Shown here one piece after another: positions 30,101 to 40,641 of a DNA stretch of 64,000 nt. Position numbers and translations under genes: made by a program. Source of the DNA: Phoronis australis (lineage: Eukaryota; Animalia; Phoronida); contig NMRA01000052.1 in NCBI GenBank assembly GCA_002633005.1, positions 729,039 to 793,038 of the forward strand, written 5' to 3'. The notes beneath the pieces were generated by a model. The model was not told where the DNA came from. It was given only the letters and a program-made list of their open reading frames with translations, and ran no database searches. How positions within the stretch are numbered: the stretch's first letter is position 1; the number at the start of each line of letters is the position of its first letter.

Positions 30101-33100
30101 ATTAAAAAATTAACACAGTAACTTGTAGCTTACGGTACGGCTAAGATGAAAGCAGAAGATAACGAATACAAAACTCAAAAGATAATGAACAAACCAGAAA
30201 AGAATTAGCTGACAAGTTTAAGTGCCACTTTCAGTGTGGAAAGACCTGTGTTGCTCATTTCTACTTACCCTTAGAGTACTCTTCAAGAAGCAAGTGCCAG
30301 TGACCCAATTTACAATAGACACCTGGCTGAACTAAACAGTTACTGCTCTCTTCAACAGGTGGGGCTTTGCTCTGCTTGTCATTGAGGATGTTCTCAAACT
30401 GTTTGATAGCCTGAAACAAGGACAAGAAGCGCTACAATCATGCCATATTAAAGAGTACCTTTAACATCGGCAACAGTGGTCCAAGAATGATGACCTAGCA
30501 ATCTTCTTTGTGCCACTGAGTTTTTATAGATGGATCAAACCGCTCAGCTATCTTTCAATAAGCACCATTCTTCTGGAGAGTAAAAATCAAGAAATTTCAA
30601 CTATGAAGATCTAATCTAGAATCATGGTTCATTAAACTTGTCCAGCAAGTCTTTTGTGTTGGTAAACAATAGTGTAGTAAGTAGGGTCTAAGCTTACACT
30701 CACACAAAGGAATCAACAGGCGAAAGTTAAGTCTAATTTCTCTGAAAGTCAACCATTTTTCTCCATTCGTAGTTCTGTTGGTGAAAGTATATCATACAAA
30801 ACACATCTGCTTCACAACATTTGTTGGAAGTTGTTTGTAAATAGTATTTTTAAATACTGGTTAGTGTCAGGTGCACTGTTTACAACAAAATTGTTGGATT
30901 ACATGAGCTTATTAGATGAAAGCAGACAGTAAGAGAGCTGGACTATGAAAACATTGGTTTGCCACTGTCAAACTGATAGACATGGCTGTATCCCACCTGT
31001 CGCAGGTAAGTAACGTTAAGGGATTTACTTCTTACTTTTTGTAAAAAGATCTCGATTAGTAATATCAGATACAATCATAACAGAAATGGACCAAATTCGT
31101 AAAAAAATATTTGAAAATTTCATGTCAGTGTTATTCGAAAATGGAGCCATGGCTGTCCAAATGCCTACAAATAGTTAAACGCGCTTTTACCCATCTTCGG
31201 CTATTAAAAATCTAACTTTTGATTTCAACCACAGTTTTAATACTGGTCATGACTTATTGTCGATTCAGGATAGAAGTGACCTATCACCTATGGCCTTGAC
31301 AAGAACTGACAAGTTGTTATTGCTAGCGACCATACTTTGAGCAAAAAATAATCACTTAAGTCGATCCAGCTTGTTAAGCTTAGTCTCCAGTAACAACAAA
31401 CTGTCAGCTCTTCCCAGGCAAGGATATCATGTCTAATCCGTGTAAGGGATGAGATTAACTAGTAATAGCAAGCCTAATTCAATACGGTAAAATTTCGCCA
31501 ATTTCGGACAAAAATAATTGCAAAAATTGTGGTCTTTTTTCATTTTTTAAATGCTTCTAATATTGTTTTGAATGTCCACAGTTGCTGGAAACATTGTCTG
31601 AAGGTAGCTATGGCATAGACATTTAAAATGGTACAGCTTCTGTTTGGTGCTACTTATCTTTTAATTAAACATAAATTTCACTTGTCCCCCATATTGTGTC
31701 CTAAATTGGTGAGATTTTAACGCAGTTTGTTAACCAATGGGAGCTGTAAATCCAACTCTAGAACTCGATAAATTATCCAATCCCCCCCCCCCCCCTNCAA
31801 GGCCCTACCTGAACATATCTTAATTACCTTTTGAATGGCTGCCTTCTTTTCTTCTTCATCTGTACTTTGAAATTTCAAGTACCCAAATAGACGACTACAA
31901 TCAACAACACAAGTATTAAACCTAAGCGTTACAAAGGACACTGTTGAGTGATCTTAACTCTTTAAGTCAATCACCAAAAACTTTCATGTCAACAAGTAAA
32001 ATTTTAGGCGATTCTTTAAAGAAAATGAATTAGAGAAATTAGTTTTCTTGTTGGGCAGTCTGTCATTACCAATGTCACATGACAACACTTTTCAAGTCAC
32101 ATTATCACTTCTAGAAAGTTATAACAGCCCCTAAACTGCAGATGTTATTAAAACACTTTCAAAGAGAAAATTTCATGTAACGCCTGATACAAGTTCTGTA
32201 ACTTCTTCAACAGTTGTTGATGCCAAATTACTCTTCCGCAGATGTAGGTATCCCGTTTTCCTAATTTTTTTTTTTTAATGTTTATTACGAAATCTTCAGA
32301 ATACAATGAACATACATAACCCAGAAAGCGCCAAGAGGCATTAGATCTGGATCCGTTTTCCTAAGTCAGCAAACTTGTAATCAGTTAAATAATATGATAC
32401 GCATAAGATCACTCAACACTGAATTAAACTGAATGGTACAATTCATTCATTAGAAACTTGTTGAATTCACAAGGTCTCAAAACTGCAGCAGACAACTTCT
32501 TGGCACAGAATGATAGTGTGTGGGGAGGTCACAAAACATAAAACAAAGAGTATCCAAATTCTTGAAGAGCTCAAAATGATACATATGTCTATTTTTCCTT
32601 TGGCCTTATGGTTCACTATAAACTTTGCGAATCTCAGTGATGGACCATGTTGATATTCTTTAGAAACGAGTCACACTTGTGTTCATTTCTCTTGTAGTTA
32701 ATTTAACATTTAGATATTCCTGTCACATGACTTACGCTGAGCTAAAGGAGAAAACGGGTCATTGCGGTGGAGCCATTACCAAAATTATGTACATATCAGA
32801 AAGCAGTAAGTTACACCTTGTACAAACATTACGTTTATACATGTGCCCTTGAGAGAACTTAGAATTTTAAATTCATGCATGCATGATCTTGAGATCAAGT
32901 GTGATTACAAGTTCAAGCACAACAGGCCCATTGTCTGCTGATGGCTCGCATGTTCCACCATAGATACTCATAGTCTATGGTTCCAGAAATCAGCGATCAC
33001 TGTACAGTACCCAACAAGTATGGCCGGGACAAAATTCACGACAGTGACAAGGTGGCCTACCAATGCTGACGCAGCGTTAACCAGGTCGATAGTTTTGACT

Positions 33101-34930
33101 CGGTCACTTATTATTGACCACTCTGCTTGCTGACCCACCACCTCGCCACTCCCTTCTGTTTACAAACGTACTCTCACAGCTGTGCGGTAATGGCACAGGT
33201 GAGACAAAAGTGATTAAAAGCACTATACTACACACATGACCTCATTGTTGTCCCAATAAGTGGTGGAGCTTTTGGAATGTAGCAAAATCTCTGGCCCTAT
33301 TTTCATAGACCGTAAGAGTACAAAAATCTACCAGCTCACTCACTATGTCAACGATGTCAACCCCCAAGAGGACTTGACGGATTACTACGTGATTGTTGCG
33401 ATCCGATTCCTGGTATATGGTGGAATAAAGGCTGTTCTAAATAGCTCACTAATGGGTAATTGCATTTTGGCTGATCAGTATGGATGATTGACTCCCACAC
33501 AGGAGGCCCATGTTCGACACCTACCACTGACGGCTTTCTACGGTTGCCCCTACCTACTATAACTAGGATGAGAACCATGACCCAGAGATGCAAACACAGA
33601 CCTTGACTGCAGACTGTAACCCTCCCTGATCTGCCTGTGCTATAAAGACCTCTCAAATCGTTTGGAAATAGGCAGTTGCCTGTTGGCCAAATAGTTCAAA
33701 CACTAGTTCAAGGGTCGCTGGTTTGATCACCAGCTCAACAAAAAAAAAACAGATTTCACAACAATTGGGTATCAACTAAGGTGAGATCTACAAAGCCCTG
33801 AGATGTATGTAAGGCTTCCAACTGCTGGCTTGGTATTGGTGGTTTGAGAGCATAGGTAAAGTGTCGGTGAGGGCAAATTTCAGGACACCAGGAATGTTGC
33901 TGAAGGCAAATTCCAGGAACTTGGATCAAAAGGCGCCCCTGTTCCAGTTGTGTCTTGCTATAGAGGCTACCAGATATAGATTCTATATTGTTTGCCAATC
34001 TACAATTGCCTACAGGTCAAAGTATTTGACTCTGGTTCAGGAGGTCGGTGGTTCAATTCCCGGCGGAAACAAGTAAAGTTTAGACAACTTTCACAACAAT
34101 CAAAGGAGTGTCTTGAATTTCTGGTTCCAGATATCATTGATATGTAGTCAATAATGAGCAGTCAATCAGTTTGGATAGTCAACTTGCACACTGGCGACCC
34201 ATGCTCGAAATCCATTGTAGACAGGTAGTTTTACTACATCGACATGAGGTGTCACCAGTTCAATATGGTCGTTGATCATGTCGACATCAGGGAAGCTTAC
34301 TACTAGCATTTCGATCCTTTAGAACAGACCTCTAATGTAAATAGTAAGTAAAGAAGGACATATAGCGTACGCCATCACATCGTTATAGAGAGCCACTGGG
34401 AGCCTGACAATGTTTGCAATCTCGCTGCTATGGGAATGTGCATTGACTACCTGCTGCTTAACCTTAGACCGGGATCACACAATGAATGACCTCGATTGAA
34501 GGTCAAGCAGCAGCCAATCACAACAGTGACATGCGCATCACATAGTGCCATAGTGGCAAGATCGTAAACCTCATCAGACTTCCATCAGTTCTTTTTAACG
34601 ATTGTAATGCCAAAATAGCATTCCTAAGGAATGTGATTCCCTACTACCCTAGCCTTCTTGACTCCACACTCCAGACCTTTATTAGTTGCCATAGGCATGT
34701 TCCGAGATATGGTGTAACAGGTCGAAATAAGTTCCTATTGTCGATATGATCAACCATGGCATCGCCGTCGTTAATTCTGTCTGTCGTCTGCATAGACTAG
34801 GTTATCCACAGTCTTCCACAGCCGCAGCGCTGCACTACACAACACTACACGTACACGTTTACAATTACCTGTCCACATCGGCCAAGAGTTCCCTCTCCCG
34901 GCCAGTCAAGGCTTCCAATTCGTCGACCAT
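198..34930 (-). CDS. KDM6A: Lysine-specific demethylase 6A / UTX, N-terminal TPR half (gene continues beyond window start; JmjC domain not in window)
   Basis: Eleven GT-AG exons in consistent phase, in transcript order: 34869-34930, 31828-31894, 30269-30410, 29554-29603, 28132-28190, 8121-8241, 6185-6239, 4447-4575, 1611-1836, 883-1140, 198-510 (494 codons). Translation includes [89 protein letters not shown] and [21 protein letters not shown], near-identical to the UTX/UTY TPR region; followed by a Q/P-rich stretch and basic PSKRRK. Confidence 0.96.
2440..2662 (+). repeat. Interspersed repeat shared with 31480-31717
   Basis: Both end in AATTTCACTTGTC..CCATATTGTGTCC.AAATTGGTGAGATT. Confidence 0.6.
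6720..6830 (+). repeat. Interspersed repeat shared with 49855-49968
   Basis: Both contain GAGAAGTGATTTCTGGA..TGACAGTT..GAGACCATGCT. Confidence 0.55.
6835..6961. mobile_element. MITE with perfect 16-bp terminal inverted repeats
   Basis: GTTCAGTAATGCTAGG (6835-6850) / CCTAGCATTACTGAAC (6946-6961); the interior is homologous to 1-92. Confidence 0.75.
7273..7897. mobile_element. Degenerate non-autonomous DNA transposon with subterminal TTCAAGG repeats
   Basis: Repeated TTCAAGG(A/C) motifs cluster at both ends (7303-7345, 7790-7887); termini GGTTCCTAC..GCACAAACC. Confidence 0.4.
9300..9500 (+). mobile_element. Penelope-like element 3' remnant (GIY-YIG C-terminus plus hammerhead-like motif)
   Basis: 9310 onward reads [17 protein letters not shown], resembling the PLE endonuclease tail LNRDxGxxLPxxY; followed at 9388-9429 by TCGACAAA-GGCCTGG-CGGA-CCAGGCT-GAAACGTC. 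Confidence 0.65.
9750..10045 (+). repeat. Interspersed repeat, copy 1 (homologous to 15235-15605)
   Basis: Shared blocks CCTAGAAAA, CAGAACATC, AAATGGCTGAT..GATTCAT, TGCATGAGG, CATTTTTGAGA, ACATGGTCA.GTGACCC. Confidence 0.7.
11790..12680. mobile_element. Non-autonomous DNA transposon (hAT-like TIRs)
   Basis: CAGGGGTATGTCTTA at 11790 versus TAAGGTATATCCCTG ending 12680 (12/15 inverted match), with subterminal CCAGCTGGC repeats; no clear TSD. Confidence 0.45.
15235..15605 (+). repeat. Interspersed repeat, copy 2 (homologous to 9750-10045)
   Basis: Same collinear blocks as copy 1. Confidence 0.7.
17199..18871. repeat. Near-identical 0.83-kb tandem duplication around a single N (probable uncollapsed haplotypes)
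   Basis: 17199-18032 and 18034-18871 differ by a few substitutions and a CACA indel; the junction is exactly the N at 18033. Confidence 0.9.
21083..21330 (+). mobile_element. RTE-clade LINE 3' fragment (degenerate)
   Basis: Translation [36 protein letters not shown]...[11 protein letters not shown] matches the conserved C-terminus of RTE ORFs (W.GH..R....W.P.G.R.RGRP...W). Confidence 0.8.
23477..23707 (-). mobile_element. tRNA-derived SINE, copy 1
   Basis: Aligns over ~230 bp with 52266-52495; the minus strand has an A box (TGGCCTTGTGG) and B box (GAGTTCGAGTCC). Confidence 0.8.
23752..23784 (+). repeat. Compound microsatellite (GT)n(GCGT)n
   Basis: Directly visible. Confidence 0.9.
32265..32352 (-). 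mobile_element. 88-bp 5'-truncated retroposed insertion with poly(A) tail and 12-bp TSD
   Basis: CCGTTTTCCTAA at 32253-32264 and 32353-32364; T12 run at 32265-32276; the minus strand has AATAAA just before the poly(A). Confidence 0.75.
33440..34230 (+). repeat. Cluster of degenerate tRNA-like (A/B-box) units in KDM6A intron 1
   Basis: Units at ~33445-33530, ~33665-33736, ~34001-34066 and ~34150-34213 have B-box-like GTTCGACAC, GGTTTGATCAC, GGTTCAATTCCC, GCTCGAAATCC; the first three are preceded by a GGCAATTGCC-like motif as in 35731. Confidence 0.55.
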
Positions 34931-35460
34931 TTTGATTGTTTTTTCACTCACTAGAAAATTAACTAGTTAGATAAGCAACATAGATGCATTATTTAAGAAA
35001 AATAAACTAATCGGAAACTTCGAAAACTCCAAAGTTGACAAAATGAAGGCAGTACACAACGACGAATGTCGGGGATTCCCTCCCTCCAAAATTGGCAGAA
35101 TTGAAGTGCATCGAAAGGAAACAATGTTACAGGCAAAAAATTGTTATTTTTAACTTAATGTTTGATTCAGGAAGTCATGGTATACTTAAATGACTTTGAA
35201 TTTATTTTTTCATTCATGTAATTAGATAAAAACTAAAAATGTAAGTAATAAGGGACTTTATTGGTGTTTGAACGTGATCGTTTCGAGCCACTTACAGGCA
35301 CATGCGTACTGTCACGTCCGTTTGTTCATTTCCGCCTGAAAGAAAAACAAGAGTCAACAATTCTCGATTCATTTTCTGTCCCACGTCATCATAACAGAAG
35401 TTTCCTCATAACTCTTTTGATACGAGCACATATTGTTAAAGATCTTTCGAGGTGATAAGA
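34931..35460. promoter_or_regulatory. Putative bidirectional promoter KDM6A/FUNDC1
   Basis: UTX ATG at 34930 points left and FUNDC1 lies to the right on plus. Locally CpG-enriched; GGGGATTCCC (kB consensus) at 35071-35080 and CRE-like ACGTCA near 35383. TSSs are not determinable from sequence. Confidence 0.55.
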
Positions 35461-35677
35461 AGAGTAGCTGATTACATACCAGGCGAACAATAAGAAGAAA
35501 TCTTGAGCTCTGTTTTCCATAATCTAAGTTAATATCGTGTGAGTGTCAATCAAACAGTAGATTGTATCGTTGTACTTTGTTTACCTATTTACTAGAGGTA
35601 TACACTACATTAGTGGATAGAGAAAGATTTGTTGATTTGACTTGATTTTTCTTACTTTTGACCCTGTTGGCCTTGTT

Positions 35678-36372
35678 GTAGATGTGCTCCCGGTGAATCA
35701 TATATTAGCCTCTGTTAGCTACTCGCTAATGGGCAATTGCCTATTAGCTGAATGGTTAGCACGCTTACCGGTTTTATGGGGTCGCTGGTTCGATCCCCGG
35801 GTCAGGTAATCTCGGCTATTACTACAGCCTGCACCTGGCTTCTGGAGTGAAGGAAAGACTACCATGGCTACCATGCACGCGTAGTAATAGCCGAGATTAC
35901 CCGACCGGGGAATCAAACCATTGAATGACTCTGATAAAACCGGCAAGCGTGCTAACCAGTAACCATTCAGCTAATAGGCGCATATGAATCACCGGAAGCT
36001 AGTCTGCAACATTCTCCCCTTTCCTGTAGAGCGGACGCGCCTCCTGGCTGCAGATCTGAGCAATGCCTGTGGCGTCCTGGAATTAGCCCTCTGCAGTTCT
36101 ACCCCATGTACTGTAATTTGTCCTTAGCAATGCTCTCCAGTGCTTTGGATTCACTCTTAGTGTGCCCTGTAAGTCTTCACGGCCTTAAGTTGTCAGTACT
36201 TCTTCGGCATACTATCTGTTTGGGAACCACGCCAAATGTACCCTACCCAAGAATTGAACTAATGACCCTGCTAAAACCGACAAGCATGCTGACCAGCTCA
36301 GCTAATAGGCAATTGCCTATTAGCGAGTGGCTAACAGAGGCTTATTTGATTCACCGCCGGAAGCACGTCTAC
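35678..36372. repeat. Three tRNA-like units in inverted arrangement upstream of the FUNDC1 coding exons
   Basis: Plus unit 35678-35825 (TAGCTGAATGG..GGTTCGATCCC) is the reverse complement of 35881-35999 and of 36240-36372; 24-bp palindrome GCTAATAGGCAATTGCCTATTAGC at 36301-36324 (one mismatch at 35725-35748). Confidence 0.8.
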
Positions 36373-37677
36373 TGCTCTCGTGTTGGGTCATTAACAGGGT
36401 TAATACCCGCCCCTCAAATGTCTTAATTTTTGATTTTAGAATTTAAATATTTGTACCTGTCTTAGCCTTAATGTCCACTCCCAATTCAAAGATATTTATA
36501 TGACTTCCTTAAAAGTGCCAGTGTCTTTGTAAATGCCTATCTCACGAGAATTTTGGTTCTCAAACCTTTTTCGGGGCAACCAACACTCAACAGTCACTTT
36601 GAGCATCGGGGACTGTTAAAACAAACAAGGAAGAATCTTGTACCTTGCTATATTGGGACCGTAAAGTATTCAATTTTTACTTTTCTTTGGCTCAAGCACA
36701 TTCTAATATTACTGTGACTTATGTGCATCTAGGCAATTACATGACCGTGTATAACCAGCGTCTACTTGTTGCCTATTGTGCACCCTGTTCACAATTGCTC
36801 ATGGATGCCATTTTGAAATTGGAAGTGAGCGCTCGCTTTAATCGGGCAGTCGCTTTAACTTTAGGCAGCGGCGCACTCCAATGAAGAGGCTTCAGCTAGT
36901 CGGGAACTGGCCGTAGCAATTTCGATCGCACATACAGATCCTCGGTTGCACAGCCTTGAGGGCAATTTTCGGAATTGCGGCACGCATATAACTAACGAAA
37001 AATGCTGATGGGGCATTTTTGGACGATGCAACTCTGCTAGAAGGAGTTGGAATGTCTAAGACGCACATGTGCGACTAATGCTAGAAAGCCAAAATCTCAG
37101 CTCGGATTTCTAAATTTTGGGTTCCAAATGCGACTTCCAGCTCATTATGTCAAGCCCTGGTTCAGGTAAACTACCTCCCTGGCCTTCTTCTATCAGGCGC
37201 TAACAGTGTAGCTAGACAACAGAAACGGTGAATTGGATTTTGATACTGCCTTGGCTTTCAAGCGACAGTTTCTGAAATCTGATTTAATCTCACTTGAGCA
37301 AATCTGCAGTCTATGAGAATGACTACCAGTTACTGGTATAATTTCTATTAGGAAATTCTAGATTGTTATATGCTCATAGTTAGTTGGCTTAACCTTCGTT
37401 CAGTAATTGGGAAGAGGGACCGTAAGACCAAATTTCTTTTTATCGTAAAATAGACACTTGGAGTCATTGTCTCGTGTTGTTATTTTTGTGAAAACTTTTG
37501 ACTCTTGTGTATATTATTTCTCATACAAAGTAATAGATACTGCGCAGTTTGTCTTTCAGGTGCGACTTTTGTTCACACAGTTGTCATGTATTTTCAGGTG
37601 TTCACGTTTACAGGCAACCACAGATAATTCTATTCAAGAAATATCGCTCTACTGAAGAAATAGTTTAAACATCGGGA

Positions 37678-40641
37678 ATGTCAGCAGGTAAGATTTTTAT
37701 CTGTGAAATAGTGTGTTCATACTTATCACCTGTTTACCAATAAACACAACAGTTTGTTTGAAGCAGTGTTCATATCTCGTTTCACCTGCAGTTAAACTGC
37801 TCATCTTTGCTTTTTATTCCTTTACGCTCTGGGTGCCTTGTTTTCCTTCCGTTGTAGCACCTCAGTGATTTAAAAAATATGACGGTACGCCTGGGAAGAT
37901 ATTAGGAGTTTTGTGCCACCAACCAAGTATGAATGCAACAACTTTTTGTGATGACAAATATTCAGTTCATAACTAACTGTGCCCATGTTGCTTTGTCACC
38001 TTTTTCAGGTTTATGGTTATCTTATTCATTTTTAAGGTGAAATTATAGGCAATAGAAATCTTTTTCTGAGATCAACATCAGTGTGGAATTGCACCTGGAG
38101 CCCTGGTGGTCGCTATCAAACGCTCTGCTGACTGAGCCAAATCCCACTCGACAAGTGGCAGAGTATTTCAGTACTTTAAAACTGACTGGTAAAGTCAACG
38201 GCCTTGAGTTTGGTGAATTTCAGCGGGCAATGGCGGTTTGTAATAAAATCACAAAAGCTAAACTGATTTTGTTGTTTTATAGCTCTGGTCAAAGCTAATA
38301 ATTCAAGAAGTCTGTCCCAACCTTGTCATTGTGTTTTTTATCTGTATTTACAGATCAAGGCGACGAAGACATAGAAGTCATCAATCTGGCGGACGTTAAT
38401 CCATCATGGGTTCAGAATGTCGTGGATGACCTCGCACATTCATCACCTGCCAAGCAAATAACTGTGGGCGGAGTCTCTGGATGGTAATTGATAGATCTAT
38501 TTTGTATTCAGGGTTCTTCACAACCTGTTTTAACAACTCCCTGCTACCTGCTCTCCAGCAGTTGCGACACATTTGAATGACCTCCAGGCACGCTGTTGCA
38601 CATGGGTGTAACAAAGCGGTACATGTGTACATCTAGTGTAACCACAAGGGTCTTTGCACTACTGAGAACATTAGCTGCTTGGTTCTTCCGGCACATTTGT
38701 TGAAGTTTACGCACTTCTGCCGCGTTTGGGTTGGAGAATGCACATTACCGGTAAACTGATTAGGCGAGAGAATTGTCATCGTGTCATGCTGTTTAACATC
38801 TATTGTTTTTAAATACGGAATCTCTCCCACTGATGGCTAAGAATTGTGATAGAGTAGCGATGGGTCAAATTTTGGAATGGATATTTACGTATGCATTTTT
38901 GTAATCGAGACATTCCCCTTGTGTGCTATCCTGGGTGACTGATGGGACAGTTAATTTGTGGATGGAAACTGGACATGGTTATTGGAAGGATTTTTTGTCT
39001 TCATTTGATCAAATGGATTAGGTATTGCCTGCGATATGGCAACGACTGAGGACACCAACAACCGTATTGTAGGGCACTGGTAGTAATGCTATATGTACAA
39101 CTGTTAGTGTTGTTGATTTTCAGGTGCGCTGGCTACGTCACAGCTAAAGTGGGGCGTGCTGCCGCTCTTGCCCTTGGAGGTAGTCTGCTGTTGCTGCAGG
39201 TTAGCGGAGCAGGTTATTGGTGGTTGTTCTGTACCGAAGTGATGTTCTTGTATTTGCTATGTCTTTGCCAATATTTAAATGTGGTCATTTCACACGAAAT
39301 TGTGACTTTTTCATCTTTGCCATATGTCAAAACCAAATAAGCCTAGAATTGCGAGCATGTCGACTTCGACATAAATCAAAACCAGGTGTTGAATTAATTC
39401 CTTGAACACAAGAGTTTGTATGAGCCCGTGACCTTCGCCATGACCTTTGATCCTAATAGACTTGCTTTTTCGTGCCACACAGAGGTAACTCAACAAAAAC
39501 GTCTCTGCATGTAAGGAAAGGATTGTTTTCTTTTCAGGCAAAGTCTTACTCAGTGGCTGGCAAGCTTGTTTATATTAAAGACCGACCCAGCGTTAGTTAG
39601 GTCAAGTCAAAATCGTAAACTTTTAATTGGAATTAATCAAGTTATCGGCGAGGAATCTTGCTGTTGAAACAATGAATTCCATTTCATCCATTCTTTTACA
39701 TCTACTGGGGACGCTAACTCACTGTAATAAAAAACCCAAAACACAAACCAAAATGAGAGTTTTAAGATAAAATAATTGCCACATGGACTTTGATGCCTGA
39801 AAATTCAATTTTTTGTTGAATATTATACTGTGTAGTGCTTTGAAGTGTTACAGTGTTGTCAGCATTAACTGTAAGAGTATTTCATCCTCTGCACCTGCCA
39901 GGTACATTCAACTATACTTTAACAGTACCTGCTCCTTATTTTGTAGATAGCCCATCAACAACAGTACATCAACATCAACTGGGGCAAAGTACGGCGGACA
40001 GTAGACAGAGCAAGACGGCAAGTGGAAAACAACACAAATACAGCTCTGCCCGCATTTGCCCGAAATGTAAGATTGACCAGTGCTGTCATTCCTATGTAGT
40101 TGCCAAAATATTTCAGTGTTACCTAGAGAAATCTTAGTGAAAATCTTCAACACATGTATTGGAGAAACCTATGCTTCGTGAAGGAATTATTATTGAGGCT
40201 TTCTGTCCATTACCTTTTTGCCTTTTACCCGTTACCATCAGCACACCGTTGTTTTCTTTAATGTTTCGTGTGGTAAAATGTGACCAGTTTAGGATGCAAT
40301 ATGGCGGACGTGAAATTTTTTTTTTTTCACAAAAATTAAATAGCACCTAGTAAATGGTTTGAAATTTTTAAGCTCTATACTACAGCTACCATCAGATGAC
40401 GTTTTGATAAACTGTGGTCACTCACACCTGTGTTGGAAGCCTTTAAAAAAGGGCCCGTTTTGGCACTTATGTTTGTCAAAAGTTGATGAGATAATAATCT
40501 TACAAAAACTGCTGTCCGTTTCACAAGAAATGTTATCAGCGCATACCCTGTCTTCTCTTTTAGGCGGGCAGATTATTTCGTGATCACGTTTATCTGGCCG
40601 GTGGCTTCGCTGGTGGATTCCTGCTGGGCGTGGCTTCATAA
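37678..40641 (+). CDS. FUNDC1: FUN14 domain-containing protein 1 (mitophagy receptor family), 137 aa
   Basis: Exons 37678-37687, 38354-38483, 39124-39199, 39947-40066, 40564-40641 (414 nt, in phase). Translation has FUN14 motifs [48 protein letters not shown] and C-terminal GGFAGGFLLGVAS*. The first 10-nt coding exon is the least certain. Confidence 0.93.

Noticed and set aside
31781-31800. Poly-C run with N near UTX exon 2
   Set aside because: Homopolymer at a contig break; assembly feature.
35740-35808. Possible true tRNA gene
   Set aside because: A/B boxes are present but no proper acceptor or anticodon stem; part of a repeat family.
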